In this document: one piece after another, positions 53,868 through 64,000 of the stretch
Layout of the letters: each line of letters begins with the position of its first letter
Position numbering within the stretch: position 1 is the stretch's first letter
Assembly (NCBI RefSeq): GCF_001194135.2
Contig: NC_068992.1
Location: forward strand, 65,084,149 to 65,148,148
Length of the DNA: 64,000 nt
Direction of reading: 5' to 3'
DNA from: Octopus bimaculoides
Lineage: Eukaryota
The notes under the pieces: generated by a model
Databases searched by the model: none
The model's input: the letters and a program-made list of their open reading frames with translations, nothing else
What the model was told of the DNA's origin: nothing
Position numbers and translations under genes: made by a program

Positions 53868-54217
53868 TGTTGTTCTGCGCACAGACTCCGTTAATGACAG
53901 TATTTGTTAAGGCTGTTCAATATTTTCAATCGATCAACAGACCGACCGATTAAACGGGTGTATGAACGCATCTACAAGGCGCATCAGGAAGAGCTCTAAG
54001 TCAAGGATGTAAAAGTAAATAAATATGTATATGCGATATATAAATGTCTTGTATTCTCTGTATTCTGTTTGAAATCCAATGAAGTGAATAAAGGTTTCAG
54101 CCATTGAGTGATGTGCTTTATTATTGCTTATCTTAATTAATACTGCATGTTCCCTATTATTCAATGTGATTGGCCAAATCTGGACTGCACCAGCGTGCTC
54201 GGGTTTTCAAAGCTCTA

Positions 54218-54611
54218 AAGGAAGTGACAAAGCAGCATATTTCGCATATTTTGCTTTATGAGTTCAATAAAGGCAACAATGCCACGGAAAGTACGAGGAA
54301 TATAATGCAATGTCAACGGTGGCTCAAGAAATTCCGAGCCGGAAACTACAACCTAGAATAGGAGCCTTGTCCTAGAACATATGTACAACTAGAGAAGGAC
54401 ATCCTGCAAACTCCGAGAAACAGAGGAGAAGCTTGGATTTGGCCATTCAACCATTTATCGACACCTGTGTGCCATCGAAAAAGTCAGCATATTGGGGCAG
54501 TGGGTTCCTCACAAACTTTCCGAGTCTAATCGTGCCCAGAGAATGAATGTATGCTCTTCTTTGCTGCGACATCTCACGAATGAATCATTTTTGAACCGAA
54601 TATTGACTGGC
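54218..54611 (+). mobile_element. mariner (Tc1/mariner, DD34D) transposase N-terminal fragment, inactive
   Basis: EVTKQHISHILLYEFNKGNNATESTRNI/QCQRWLKKFRAGNYNLE*EP.../EKLGFGHSTIYRHLCAIEKVSILGQWVPHKLSESNRAQRMNVCSSLLRHLTNESFLNRILTG. WVPHKL at 54501-54518 is the mariner WVPHEL linker. Start codon lost, with a stop and a frameshift. Confidence 0.9.
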
Positions 54612-54922
54612 AACCATTGTTCTGGCTACCATTGTTTAAGAATGGGTTAGTCCTGCACCGGCTGAGCTTACGTTGCTCTTGAATCTTACGTCAGTCCTCC
54701 TGTAGTAGCTGTATCTCTATTGCTGTTGTGTCATAATCCAGTACATCTCTACTCAAAGAACTTTCTACCGTATGCCATATCTTCTTTCACACATAGAACT
54801 ACATACTCCAAAATGGCGGCTTGCCTCATTTTAGAAACATAAATCGTGTTTTAATGGAGATTTTAGTCGCCATTTCTAATAAATTATGAGTAAAACAGTA
54901 TTTAGGTACGACCTTTAACCTT

Positions 54923-55012
54923 CTGAATTCAAATCCAGCTGATATTAGTTTTGCATTTTATCTTTCCCAGATCGATAAAATTTAGTACCACCCAAATATT
55001 AGGATTGATTTA
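54923..55012 (+). mobile_element. SINE family A, degenerate fragment
   Basis: CTGAATTCAAATCC...TTTTGCATTTTATCTTTCCCAGATCGATAAAATTTAGTACCA. Confidence 0.45.
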
Positions 55013-55226
55013 AAATTCCTATAAAACATTTGGAGATGTGGAAAGAAGTATAAAAACCGAATATCATGTGGAGGAGGCACTCTTTGTCACGTGCACCGGC
55101 AGTTGACTCGTATTTACGTCATCTGTTCCATATAATTTATTTCCACTTACTGTGAATTTTGGATGTATATACATGCATATATATATATATATTTACATAC
55201 ATACATTCATATAACATATATATACA

Positions 55227-55262
<36 letters not shown>

Positions 55263-55884
55263 TATATATGNNNNNNNNNNNNNNNNNNNNNNNNNNNNNN
55301 NNNNNNNNNNNNNNNNNNNNNNNNNNNNNNNNNNNNNNTTTATATATAATTTTTCATACATATATACAGACATACATGCATATGTGTATGTGTCTGTTTG
55401 TGTGTCTATATATGCATGTATGTGTATGTATGTATAAATTATTGGAAGATATTAATTTCTTCTGTGACAATAACAATCTTATTTCAACTGTTCCCATTGT
55501 TTCGGTGACGTTTTCATATATCCCATGAGGCGTTTGGAAATAATTGCATTTATTGTCAACTCTGCAATTCCAATATTGCCATTACAAAAGAGTTCCATAA
55601 AGTAGTTGTATTTAAGACTGAATATATGACATTCCAAAATATAAAATTTAGAAGCTTTCGAATAGAAACGGAAACAGCTATCGTTTGATTGTTGATCGAG
55701 GGTATTTCAAATCCAGAGCCTCTTTCCCCTCTATAAGGATGTCTCATTTTGGCCCAAAATCAGCACTTTTCAAGGAAGTAACTGATAAAATGCACTCTAA
55801 TACTTAACTGATACTTTATTTCGACGTTTGAAAGGCTGGAATTTGAACTGAAATGGCCGTGGTTGGGCCGACTGGTATAACAGG

Positions 55885-56088
55885 TTGTTACCTTTTCAGG
55901 GAGACTCAGAATGGCACAGAATGTAACAAGGTGGACTCTTTGAATTACTGATGCTACTCATTTTTTGCCAGCTGAGTGAATTGGAGAAACGTGCAGTAAA
56001 GGACCTTGCGCAGGGATACAGGGCCCCGTCGGTAATCGAACGCACCACTTTGCGATCGTGAGCCAAATGGCCCGAACCGCTAAGCCAC
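55885..56088 (-). mobile_element. SINE family C (tRNA head plus conserved central domain), variant tail
   Basis: The minus strand reads GTGGCTTAGCGG (A-box), GTTCGATTACC (B-box), then GCGCAAGGTCCTTTACTGCACGTTTCTCCAATTCACTCAGCTGGCAAAAAATGAGT. Confidence 0.75.
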
Positions 56089-57370
56089 ACACTTTCAGAA
56101 TACAAATAACCGGAAAGTATTCTAGTTATGCGTTCCATCACCAGGAATTCCGTCTAAGACTGTCGTATTGGATATCGGAACACGAAAGGATACATTTTCT
56201 GTTGCTTAAGATCAAGCAATTTAGTGCTGATCGATAGTACTTCGACTGATGACGTAGCGCCACATCTTACCTCTTTCGATAAAGTCTCATATTACCCATA
56301 CACATGATGTCCATGGACGGGAATAATAAACTGGAAACACGGTTATGTAGAGATAAGTTAACAGGAAACGAATTCAAACTCCAGGCTATGGACCGAAAGT
56401 GAGGGAATAGTGTGATTGTATGAACCTACATGGTTTAGTGCTATTATATGTCATAGCCCCGGGATATATAGAGAGTAAAGTGGAATCTAGTTGGATTCGA
56501 TCCTAGAATATAAAATGGCATATTCATTAGCCTTCATATTTTCTGCAAGTGCTCTACTCTCTCACTTTCTTCATTACTGATTTTTGTCCAAGAGTATTTC
56601 AACTGGAATGAGTTCATATATAAGCAGTGTGATATTAATGAATTTTAATTTTTAAACTGTTTGATTCGTTAAAAGCCTTCCTCCAAAAGTATTGGATCCA
56701 AATATCTAATGTGGTTCTTCAGAATTCTTAGATTAATTTTTATTGACGATGACAAAATGTTTATTAATTAATGATAGATTCAATCCAATTAACGATATAT
56801 TTACAGAATGGAGTATAATGATATCAATTTAATGACAAGAATTTTAAATAAAATTTAATGCGTACAGATTTAATATAATGATTCATAATTTTCAATAACT
56901 TGATTGCTTGTTTTCATAAGGAAAACGTGAACGCCACACCACCTACTTCTGAATAAGTCTGTAGCTGTTGTCTAACTCTCAAGTGAATAACGTAGGCTTC
57001 CTTTTTCAACAGATGCAAAGATAGATTGATTGCAGACTGAAGGAGGAAATGAGTTGCTGTAACACACTTTCACTTTCACTTTCGGGTGGTGGTATTAATG
57101 GAGTTGATGAGGGAAATTGCATCTTGTAGTGAGTGATCTAGTATCGCCGTTTCTGTAGGTGCACGCACGAGTGTGTGCATGTGTGTGCGCGCATCTGTGT
57201 GTTTATCATGTGCTTATCAAATGGACAAGATTATGTGAGTACAATATATAAAATACGACAAAAAAATAAAGAAACCTCAATGAAAATAATGTGCTGTGGG
57301 TAACGGATAAAACGGTTGCCCGCTGCTGATTCTGCTGCAAAGTCTCGTGTGTTGAAGCATATTCTGTTAT

Positions 57371-57576
57371 GTCTGGGGAGAGTCATTCTCTTTTGGTGCC
57401 TTATAATTTAACACACCCACCGGTAACATTCCCACTTATTATTAATTTTTATTTTTCTAAAAGGTTACAAGACGCAACGAAAATGTTATAAAAATAAAAA
57501 AAAAGAAATAAGTGAAAATTTTACCGGTGAGTGTATTAAATTATAAGGCACCAAAAGAGAATGACTCTCCGCAGAC
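57371..57576. mobile_element. Fold-back / MITE-like element with long terminal inverted repeats
   Basis: 57371-57426 and the reverse complement of 57521-57576 match at 53/56 positions. Imperfect symmetry continues about 30 bp further inward. No clear TSD. Confidence 0.75.
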
Positions 57577-58590
57577 ACAGCAAAAAATATATATATATAT
57601 ATATAAATAATTTTATATATGTATGTATGTATGTTTGTACGTACGAATGTATTCATGTATGTATGCATGTATTCCTTAAAAATTTTAAGATAAGACAAAT
57701 ATTTCAGGTAAAAACGTTTTTACTTAAAATACCCTTTCGCTCCCTTTTTGTGATCAAGTTCTCTTCGAAAACTTTCTTCCTCGCGGCAAACATTTTACAT
57801 TCCACTCTTTCAATTAAGTTATATCACCGTAATGATTAGAAATTAACTGAAGTCATAAAGTTACGAAACAACGATTTATCAACTGCTTAAATTCGAATCA
57901 CCAATTGTGAAAATATTAATATTTGAATTATTGAATTCACAAACACAAGACACAAGATCACGTATATAACAAGATTCAAAACACTTTTGATCTCGCAAAA
58001 TACACGACAAGGGCTTACATTTTAAAAGAACAACTTAAATGCAATAAAATATTTAAAATATTTTCAGTAATCCTAATGACTTTAGTAAAATTTCAAATTT
58101 CAAATTTGAAATAGGAGATATGTAATGGCCTGGAACGAGTTGCTAATTTAACAGACAAACTTAATTCATCATCAGGAATTTCATTTTCTTTTCGTTTAGT
58201 TTTTCTAATGGACGTGAAATGAAATGAATAATTTATCTCCCCATCCATGTCACTTAATATTAGATCGGTATTTCTCTTCATAAAAAGTTCAAAGTAAAAT
58301 TTGAGGATATTTCGAAATAGAAATGAGAAATATTTTATGATTGTCCCGTAGGTGAAGGATCATGTTCCGTAATGCCACCAGCTGAAATATCAATACATAA
58401 AGGGCGATAGTGGTGGGGGAGGGGTGGTAACGGTAGAAAGAAAAGAAAGTGGAAATGATTAAACATTGATTTTGTATTGGTTAGAAAATGAAAATTGTCT
58501 TGAATAAATTATGCAAATGATTCTGCGGTTGGGCATGAATATATGAAACACGAAGTAAATCAAATCTTTTTCGACACATTTTTAGAGGGA

Positions 58591-58642
<52 letters not shown>

Positions 58643-59556
58643 NNNNNNNNNNNNNNNNNNNNNNNNNNNNNNNNNNNNNNNNNNNNNNNNNNNNNNNNNN
58701 NNNNNNNNNNNNNNNNNNNNNNNNNNNNNNNNNNNNNNNNNNNNNNNNNNNNNNNNNNNNNNNNNNNNNNNNNNNNNNNNNNNNNNNNNNNNNNNNNNNN
58801 NNNNNNNNNNNNNNNNNNNNNNNNNNNNNNNNNNNNNNNNNNNNNNNNNNNNNNNNNNNNNNNNNNNNNNNNNNNNNNNNNNNNNNNNNNNNNNNNNNNN
58901 NNNNNNNNNNNNNNNNNNNNNNNNNNNNNNNNNNNNNNNNNNNNNNNNNNNNNNNNNNNNNNNNNNNNNNNNNNNNNNNNNNNNNNNNNNNNNNNNNNNN
59001 NNNNNNNNNNNNNNNNNNNNNNNNNNNNNNNNNNNNNNNNNNNNNNNNNNNNNNNNNNNNNNNNNNNNNNNNNNNNNNNNNNNNNNNNNNNNNNNNNNNN
59101 NNNNNNNNNNNNNNNNNNNNNNNNNNNNNNNNNNNNNNNNNNNNNNNNNNNNNNNNNNNNNNNNNNNNNNNNNNNNNNNNNNNNNNNNNNNNNNNNNNNN
59201 NNNNNNNNNNNNNNNNNNNNNNNNNNNNNNNNNNNNNNNNNNNNNNNNNNNNNNNNNNNNNNNNNNNNNNNNNNNNNNNNNNNNNNNNNNNNNNNNNNNN
59301 NNNNNNNNNNNNNNNNNNNNNNNNNNNNNNNNNNNNNNNNNNNNNNNNNNNNNNNNNNNNNNNNNNNNNNNNNNNNNNNNNNNNNNNNNNNNNNNNNNNN
59401 NNNNNNNNNNNNNNNNNNNNNNNNNNNNNNNNNNNNNNNNNNNNNNNNNNNNNNNNNNNNNNNNNNNNNNNNNNNNNNNNNNNNNNNNNNNNNNNNNNNN
59501 NNNNNNNNNNNNNNNNNNNNNNNNNNNNNNNNNNNNNNNNNNNNNNNNNNNNNNNN

Positions 59557-59595
<39 letters not shown>

Positions 59596-59602
59596 CATAA
59601 GT

Positions 59603-59686
59603 ATGTGTATGTTTCCCCCACAACCACCTGACAACCGGTGTTGGTGTGTTTACGTACCTGTAATTTCGCGGTTTGGCAAAAGAGCC
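59603..59686 (+). mobile_element. SINE family B, central fragment
   Basis: CCTGACAACCGGTGTTGGTGTGTTTACGTACCTGTAATTTCGCGGTTTGGCAAAAGAG. Confidence 0.75.
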
Positions 59687-59900
59687 GTGTTACCTGACTT
59701 TCTTACCTTTTACAGTTCGTAATGGACGCTTCCCAAACCAATAATTATTCTCCAGCTGAGCTAATTTCTCTAAATGTGTAGCAGTTAATTTAACCAAATG
59801 CCAGTCAGCATCCAGCTAAGATTAATACTTGTTTCTTGCAGCTGCTCAACACTGTTTCTCCATTAAGAGTCTAGAATCGATTAGCACTTCGGTTAAGTGT

Positions 59901-60228
59901 GCAGTTGGCTCAGTAGTTAGAGCGTCGAGCTTACGATCATAAGGTTATGACTTCGATTCCCGGACCGGGCTGCGTGTGTTCTTAAGCAAGACACTTTATT
60001 TCACGTTCCTCCAGTTTACTCAGCTGTAGAAATGAGTTGCGACGTCACAGGTGCCAAGCTGTGTTGACCCCTTTGCCTTTCCATTGGATAACATCAATAG
60101 TGTGGAGAGGGGAGGCTGGTATGCATGGGCGACTGCTGGTTTTCCATAAACAACCATGCCCGGACTTGTGCCTGGGAGGGTCACTTTCTAGGTGCAATCC
60201 CATAGTCATTAATGACCAAAGGGGGACT
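59901..60228 (+). mobile_element. SINE family C, near-full copy (tRNA-derived head, CORE-like central domain)
   Basis: A-box TGGCTCAGTAG at 59906-59916, B-box-like CTTCGATTCC at 59951-59960, then TGTTCTTAAGCAAGACACTTTATTTCAC...CCAGTTTACTCAGCTGTAGAAATGAGT. ORF 60037..60246 is part of this SINE. Confidence 0.8.
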
Positions 60229-60246
60229 CCTCTCCTCTTTTCATAG

Positions 60247-60290
60247 GAGAAAGAGCAGTGTCCTTATCGTTCTCACTGCCTTTTTGTTTG
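60247..60290 (+). CDS. Candidate 44-nt internal exon (one frame: RRKSSVLIVLTAFLFG)
   Basis: Acceptor CTCCTCTTTTCATAG and donor TTG/GTGAGA. All three frames are open. Lies immediately after a SINE tail. Confidence 0.15.
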
Positions 60291-61137
60291 GTGAGAAAAA
60301 GCACAGATCTGGCCTAAAGACATACAGCAGAGTGAATCCATGTAGACACTCTAGGGTCACGTGGTGACATTAAACCGGGACACGAATTCGGTTTAATCTT
60401 ACCCAGTAAACAGTCAGACGAAGGCTGAATATGTTGCCACAGTTCTCACTTCCAGAGTCAATGGAAAAATGAAAATATGTAACCTTGTTTTTTGTGTGTT
60501 TCTTTCATTTCTTTATATACAAAATTTACTGTAATAAAAGAAAAGAAATTCACTTAAAACCTCTACACACGCCACTTTCTCACTCTTGTACCAATTACTG
60601 GAAAATACAACAAAACAACAACAACAACAATGAAATAAGACTATGGCTATGTCATACACAATTCAATCGATCTAGCCTCTGCTTTAATTCAATAACCAGA
60701 AGCTTTAACACGTTCTTACAAAAAAATAAAGCTCTAATTTGACGATCAATATATTCTTGAAATAAAATTTAGTGAAAGCATTCTTCATGGCACACACTTT
60801 CATCTTTCATTCTTCCATTTCTCTTCTAGTCTCTCCATATTGTTCCTTCGTCTCTCTCGCATTCTCTTTCTCTCTGTTTCCCTTTCTCTCTCTCTCTCAT
60901 ATATATTCTTATCGTAAGTCTCTATCTATTTCTTTATCTCTATATCCTATCCACCTCTCCATGTTTAAATACATTTTCTCTCCTCCTTTCTTATACTATA
61001 TCTCTGACTTTATCTTAGATTCCTCTGTAAGTCAAATTATTTATTTCTCTGTTCCTGTCTGTCCGTCTGGCTGTCCGTCTGGCTGTCCGTCCGTCATTCT
61101 GTTCCTCTATCTGCCTGTCTGTCTCCCCCTCTCCCTC

Positions 61138-61138
61138 T

Positions 61139-61226
<88 letters not shown>
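61138..61226. repeat. (CTAT)n microsatellite
   Basis: Seen directly. Confidence 0.95.
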
Positions 61227-61229
<3 letters not shown>

Positions 61230-62617
61230 CCTCCGTCTTCCTATCCATACACAATGGTAGAATGTTTATTTGCATTCTGCCATTCTAGTGTTCAATTACC
61301 GCAAATTATTTGGACTTTACAAATAAGCTTATTGAATTGAAGATCGATGAAAATACAGAAGACTCACAGGGTCTGCGAAGATACTACGTTAGCTGCATTT
61401 TAGAACAAAACGGAAAAAGATGGGGCCAACAACTTTTTCAGGGTCTTCGTTACTATTTGCAAGAAGATAGGAAATCATTCTTAGACTAGTGACCTGGTCT
61501 AAACGATAATACAAGATCGGACACCACTAATAACAATAATGAAGTCGCGCTCTTATAACAAACAGTTGATTGAGTCTGCTACAAGACTACCCAAAGTGTA
61601 GAACAGTTCTGTCCGCGGTTTTCTACACAATTTCTTTTCATACCATTCCAGTAACAAATGCTTCGACCAACGCGAGGCAATGACGGAAAATATTCGCCCA
61701 ACATACAGAAAAGTGGATTTGAACACGAAGCCTCTTCAGCCGCATTGCACATTATCAAATGTTTTGTTAGCTGATACTACAGTTCTGAATTCATGCTGTT
61801 CTGTAGGTTTGAACCATAAACGATAACTTACTCCAACATTTAATTCCATACTGCGTTGGCACTTCATACTGAAGTCTAAAATATAATGAAAGGCTTCTTG
61901 ACTGTCAAGAGAGATGTAATAATAATAATAATAATAATACCATAATATATTCTTATAATAACGATGACTCTTTAAATCGCAAGGTTCGTTATCGTCACTC
62001 AACGTCTTCTAATTCATTTAAGATGTCTGCTTCCACACTTTAATAATCCCTCATTTAATATTTTATATTCTTTTATTTATTACATACTTAACATAACTGA
62101 AATCTTTTACTTCGAAAGCTGTATTTATTTTTCCTCCTGTTCCGATAGAAAAAAAAAATAAAGCGGAAACCTCACAATTTGTAAATGGAATTAAAGACAA
62201 AGACCACTCGGGAATTAAGGGACATTATTAATGAGGAATCTTGTACAATTGAATCTAAACACCCTGTATTCTGCGACACGAGGATATTCAATACAACTAA
62301 TTTAATTATTAATCAAATTTTGATTTTTTTAAAAAAGGGGATTACTTGAAAGAATTAGCGAAATTAGAATACTTAAATATCATCTTTGTGCATTGTTGCG
62401 TTGTTTGTTTATTTTTGAGAGAATTCCACAAAGGAGACATTTCAAAGATTCTAAAAGACTAAGAATTAATGTTGGATCACTTGAGAATTTATACAAGTTT
62501 CTGTGAAAGAAAAAATGTCTGTATTTTGGTTGGAATTAATAACGATTTCACCACAATTTTATCTTATTTTCCTATTATATCATTGTGTAATGACACTTAT
62601 GTGAATCTAAGAACTAT

Positions 62618-63106
62618 ATGTGGTTAAGAAGCTCACCTAGAGAAGGGCTTCGGCTACATTCCCATTGCACAGTATTTTGGGCAGATGGTCTCTACTGGAG
62701 CTGCGAACCGACCATTGCCTGGTGACTGAACTTAGTATATATACGTACACACACACAGACACACACACATACACACACACACATACACACACACACATAT
62801 ATATATATTCGATGAGCAAATTGTAACATTTTCTTTTTTAATTTCGCGCATGCGCAATGCTTATTTTAGATTTTGTCGACCACACAATATTGTAGGGCAG
62901 TCGGGCACCGTCTGTGAGAAAAACAGCAGCATGCCTGTGTCTGGTATGTTTACGTTCCCGTAACTTAGCGATTCAGGAAAAGGGACGGATACAATAGGTA
63001 CGAGTCTTTAAAGAAACTGTACTGTTGTCGATTCCTTAGACTAACAGTCTTCATGGTGGTGCCCCAGCATGGCCGCACTCTAATGAGTGTAACAAGTAAA
63101 AGATAG
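62618..63106 (+). mobile_element. SINE family B, diverged and interrupted
   Basis: GTGGTTAAGAAGCTC head, internal CA/TA repeat, then GTTTACGTTCCCGTAACTTAGCG...GGTGCCCCAGCATGGCCGCACTC...AACAAGTAAAAGATAG. Confidence 0.7.
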
Positions 63107-63250
63107 CAGATGATTAGACATTACATGAGTTGTCGTGTGTGTCAAGACAACAGTTGCAATGTGCCGCCATGACTGGGGGGGGGGGAAGAGCTGCTTCTAC
63201 ACCGTGATGATGCAGAGAAACAGAGAGGGAGAGAGAGACAGACAGAATGA

Positions 63251-63290
<40 letters not shown>

Positions 63291-63507
63291 GAGAGGGGTA
63301 GAATGAGCTGTAGATGGTAAGAAGATGAGAAGAAAAGCCAGAAATATTTCAAGTGTGCAAATAGTAATGATAAGCAATTAAAGTCGTGAGAGAAAGAAGA
63401 AAAATAACTTCGATAATTAGATTAGATTAAGAAGCGTTTAGTACGATATTTTCTCAACATACGTACTGCGCTGATGTCAAATGATGAATGACGTCATTCA
63501 GACAAAG

Positions 63508-63704
63508 GCGATGATGATGATGATGATAATTATGATGATGATGATGATGATGATGACAACGATCATGACGACGACCGTGATGGTGATAATGATGACGATG
63601 ATGAAAATTATGATGATGATGATGATGACGACGATGATGATGAAGGTGACGACGACGACGACGTTGATGACTATGAATGATGATAATGACGACGATGATG
63701 AAGG

Positions 63705-63742
<38 letters not shown>

Positions 63743-63770
63743 TTGAGGAGAAGGAGGAGGAGGAGGATGA
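63508..63770. repeat. Degenerate (GAT)/(GAC)/(GAG) trinucleotide tract
   Basis: Seen directly. Produces the poly-Met/Asp/His pseudo-ORFs in the track. Confidence 0.9.
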
Positions 63771-64000
63771 AGAGTACGTCTTTTAATGTGATCACTACAG
63801 TGCTGGTAATGACGATGGTACTAATGACAATGTTGATGATGGTCAAAAGGCAGGAGATTGATTCTACGAAATCTAGAAAAACAAAAATTCCATTGTTTGG
63901 CATCAAAGAACGGTAGATGTCAAGAAACAATGGCAAATTCGTTAAAGAAACTAAATTCGGAAACGGTGGTGTGTGTGTGTATGTATGCGTGGGGGGGAGG

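Noticed and set aside
59901-59965. tRNA gene
   Set aside because: A- and B-box-like motifs are present, but the sequence continues into a SINE body and lacks a complete cloverleaf, so it is a SINE head.
62846-62855. GCGCATGCGC palindrome (NRF1-type motif)
   Set aside because: An isolated 10-mer inside an interrupted SINE region, with no CpG-rich promoter context.
63454-63936. Poly-His / poly-Asp / poly-Met ORFs suggesting a metal-binding or acidic matrix protein
   Set aside because: All frames derive from one degenerate (GAT)n tract, with no flanking complex coding sequence or convincing splice context.

Overview
This is animal nuclear genomic DNA from a gapped draft assembly, not a prokaryotic window. 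It is AT-rich, about 6 kb of it is N-gaps by my manual tally, and it is very dense in (TA)/(CA)/(GA)/(TATG)/(GATA)/(TAA) microsatellites. The interspersed repeats match tRNA-derived SINEs I recognise from Octopus (coleoid cephalopod) sequence, so the source is probably an octopus scaffold (recognition from memory, not a database search). The window reads as intronic or intergenic. Nearly all ORFs in the supplied track are microsatellite or N artefacts, and I recognise no host gene. Supportable content: (1) about 20 SINE copies in three working families (A, B, C); (2) a mariner transposase N-terminal fragment with WVPHKL (54218-54611); (3) three LINE remnants, namely an L1/Tx1-like RT fragment with an in-frame internal deletion (48455-49007), a decayed RTE-like RT (31630-32080) and an R4/Dong-like 3' end flanked on both sides by (TAA)n (46845-47228); (4) a Helentron-associated (HINE/DINE-like) element with a terminal hairpin (34258-34620); (5) a 206-bp fold-back element (57371-57576); (6) several unverified candidate exons and a 176-codon stop-free minus-strand frame. 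I did not find a convincing novel biological system. The best leads concern repeat biology: a microsatellite-associated LINE, SINEs that carry microsatellites at a fixed site, and inverted SINE pairs as possible dsRNA/ADAR substrates. All coordinates were counted by hand, and repeat boundaries are approximate (+/- 10-30 bp).
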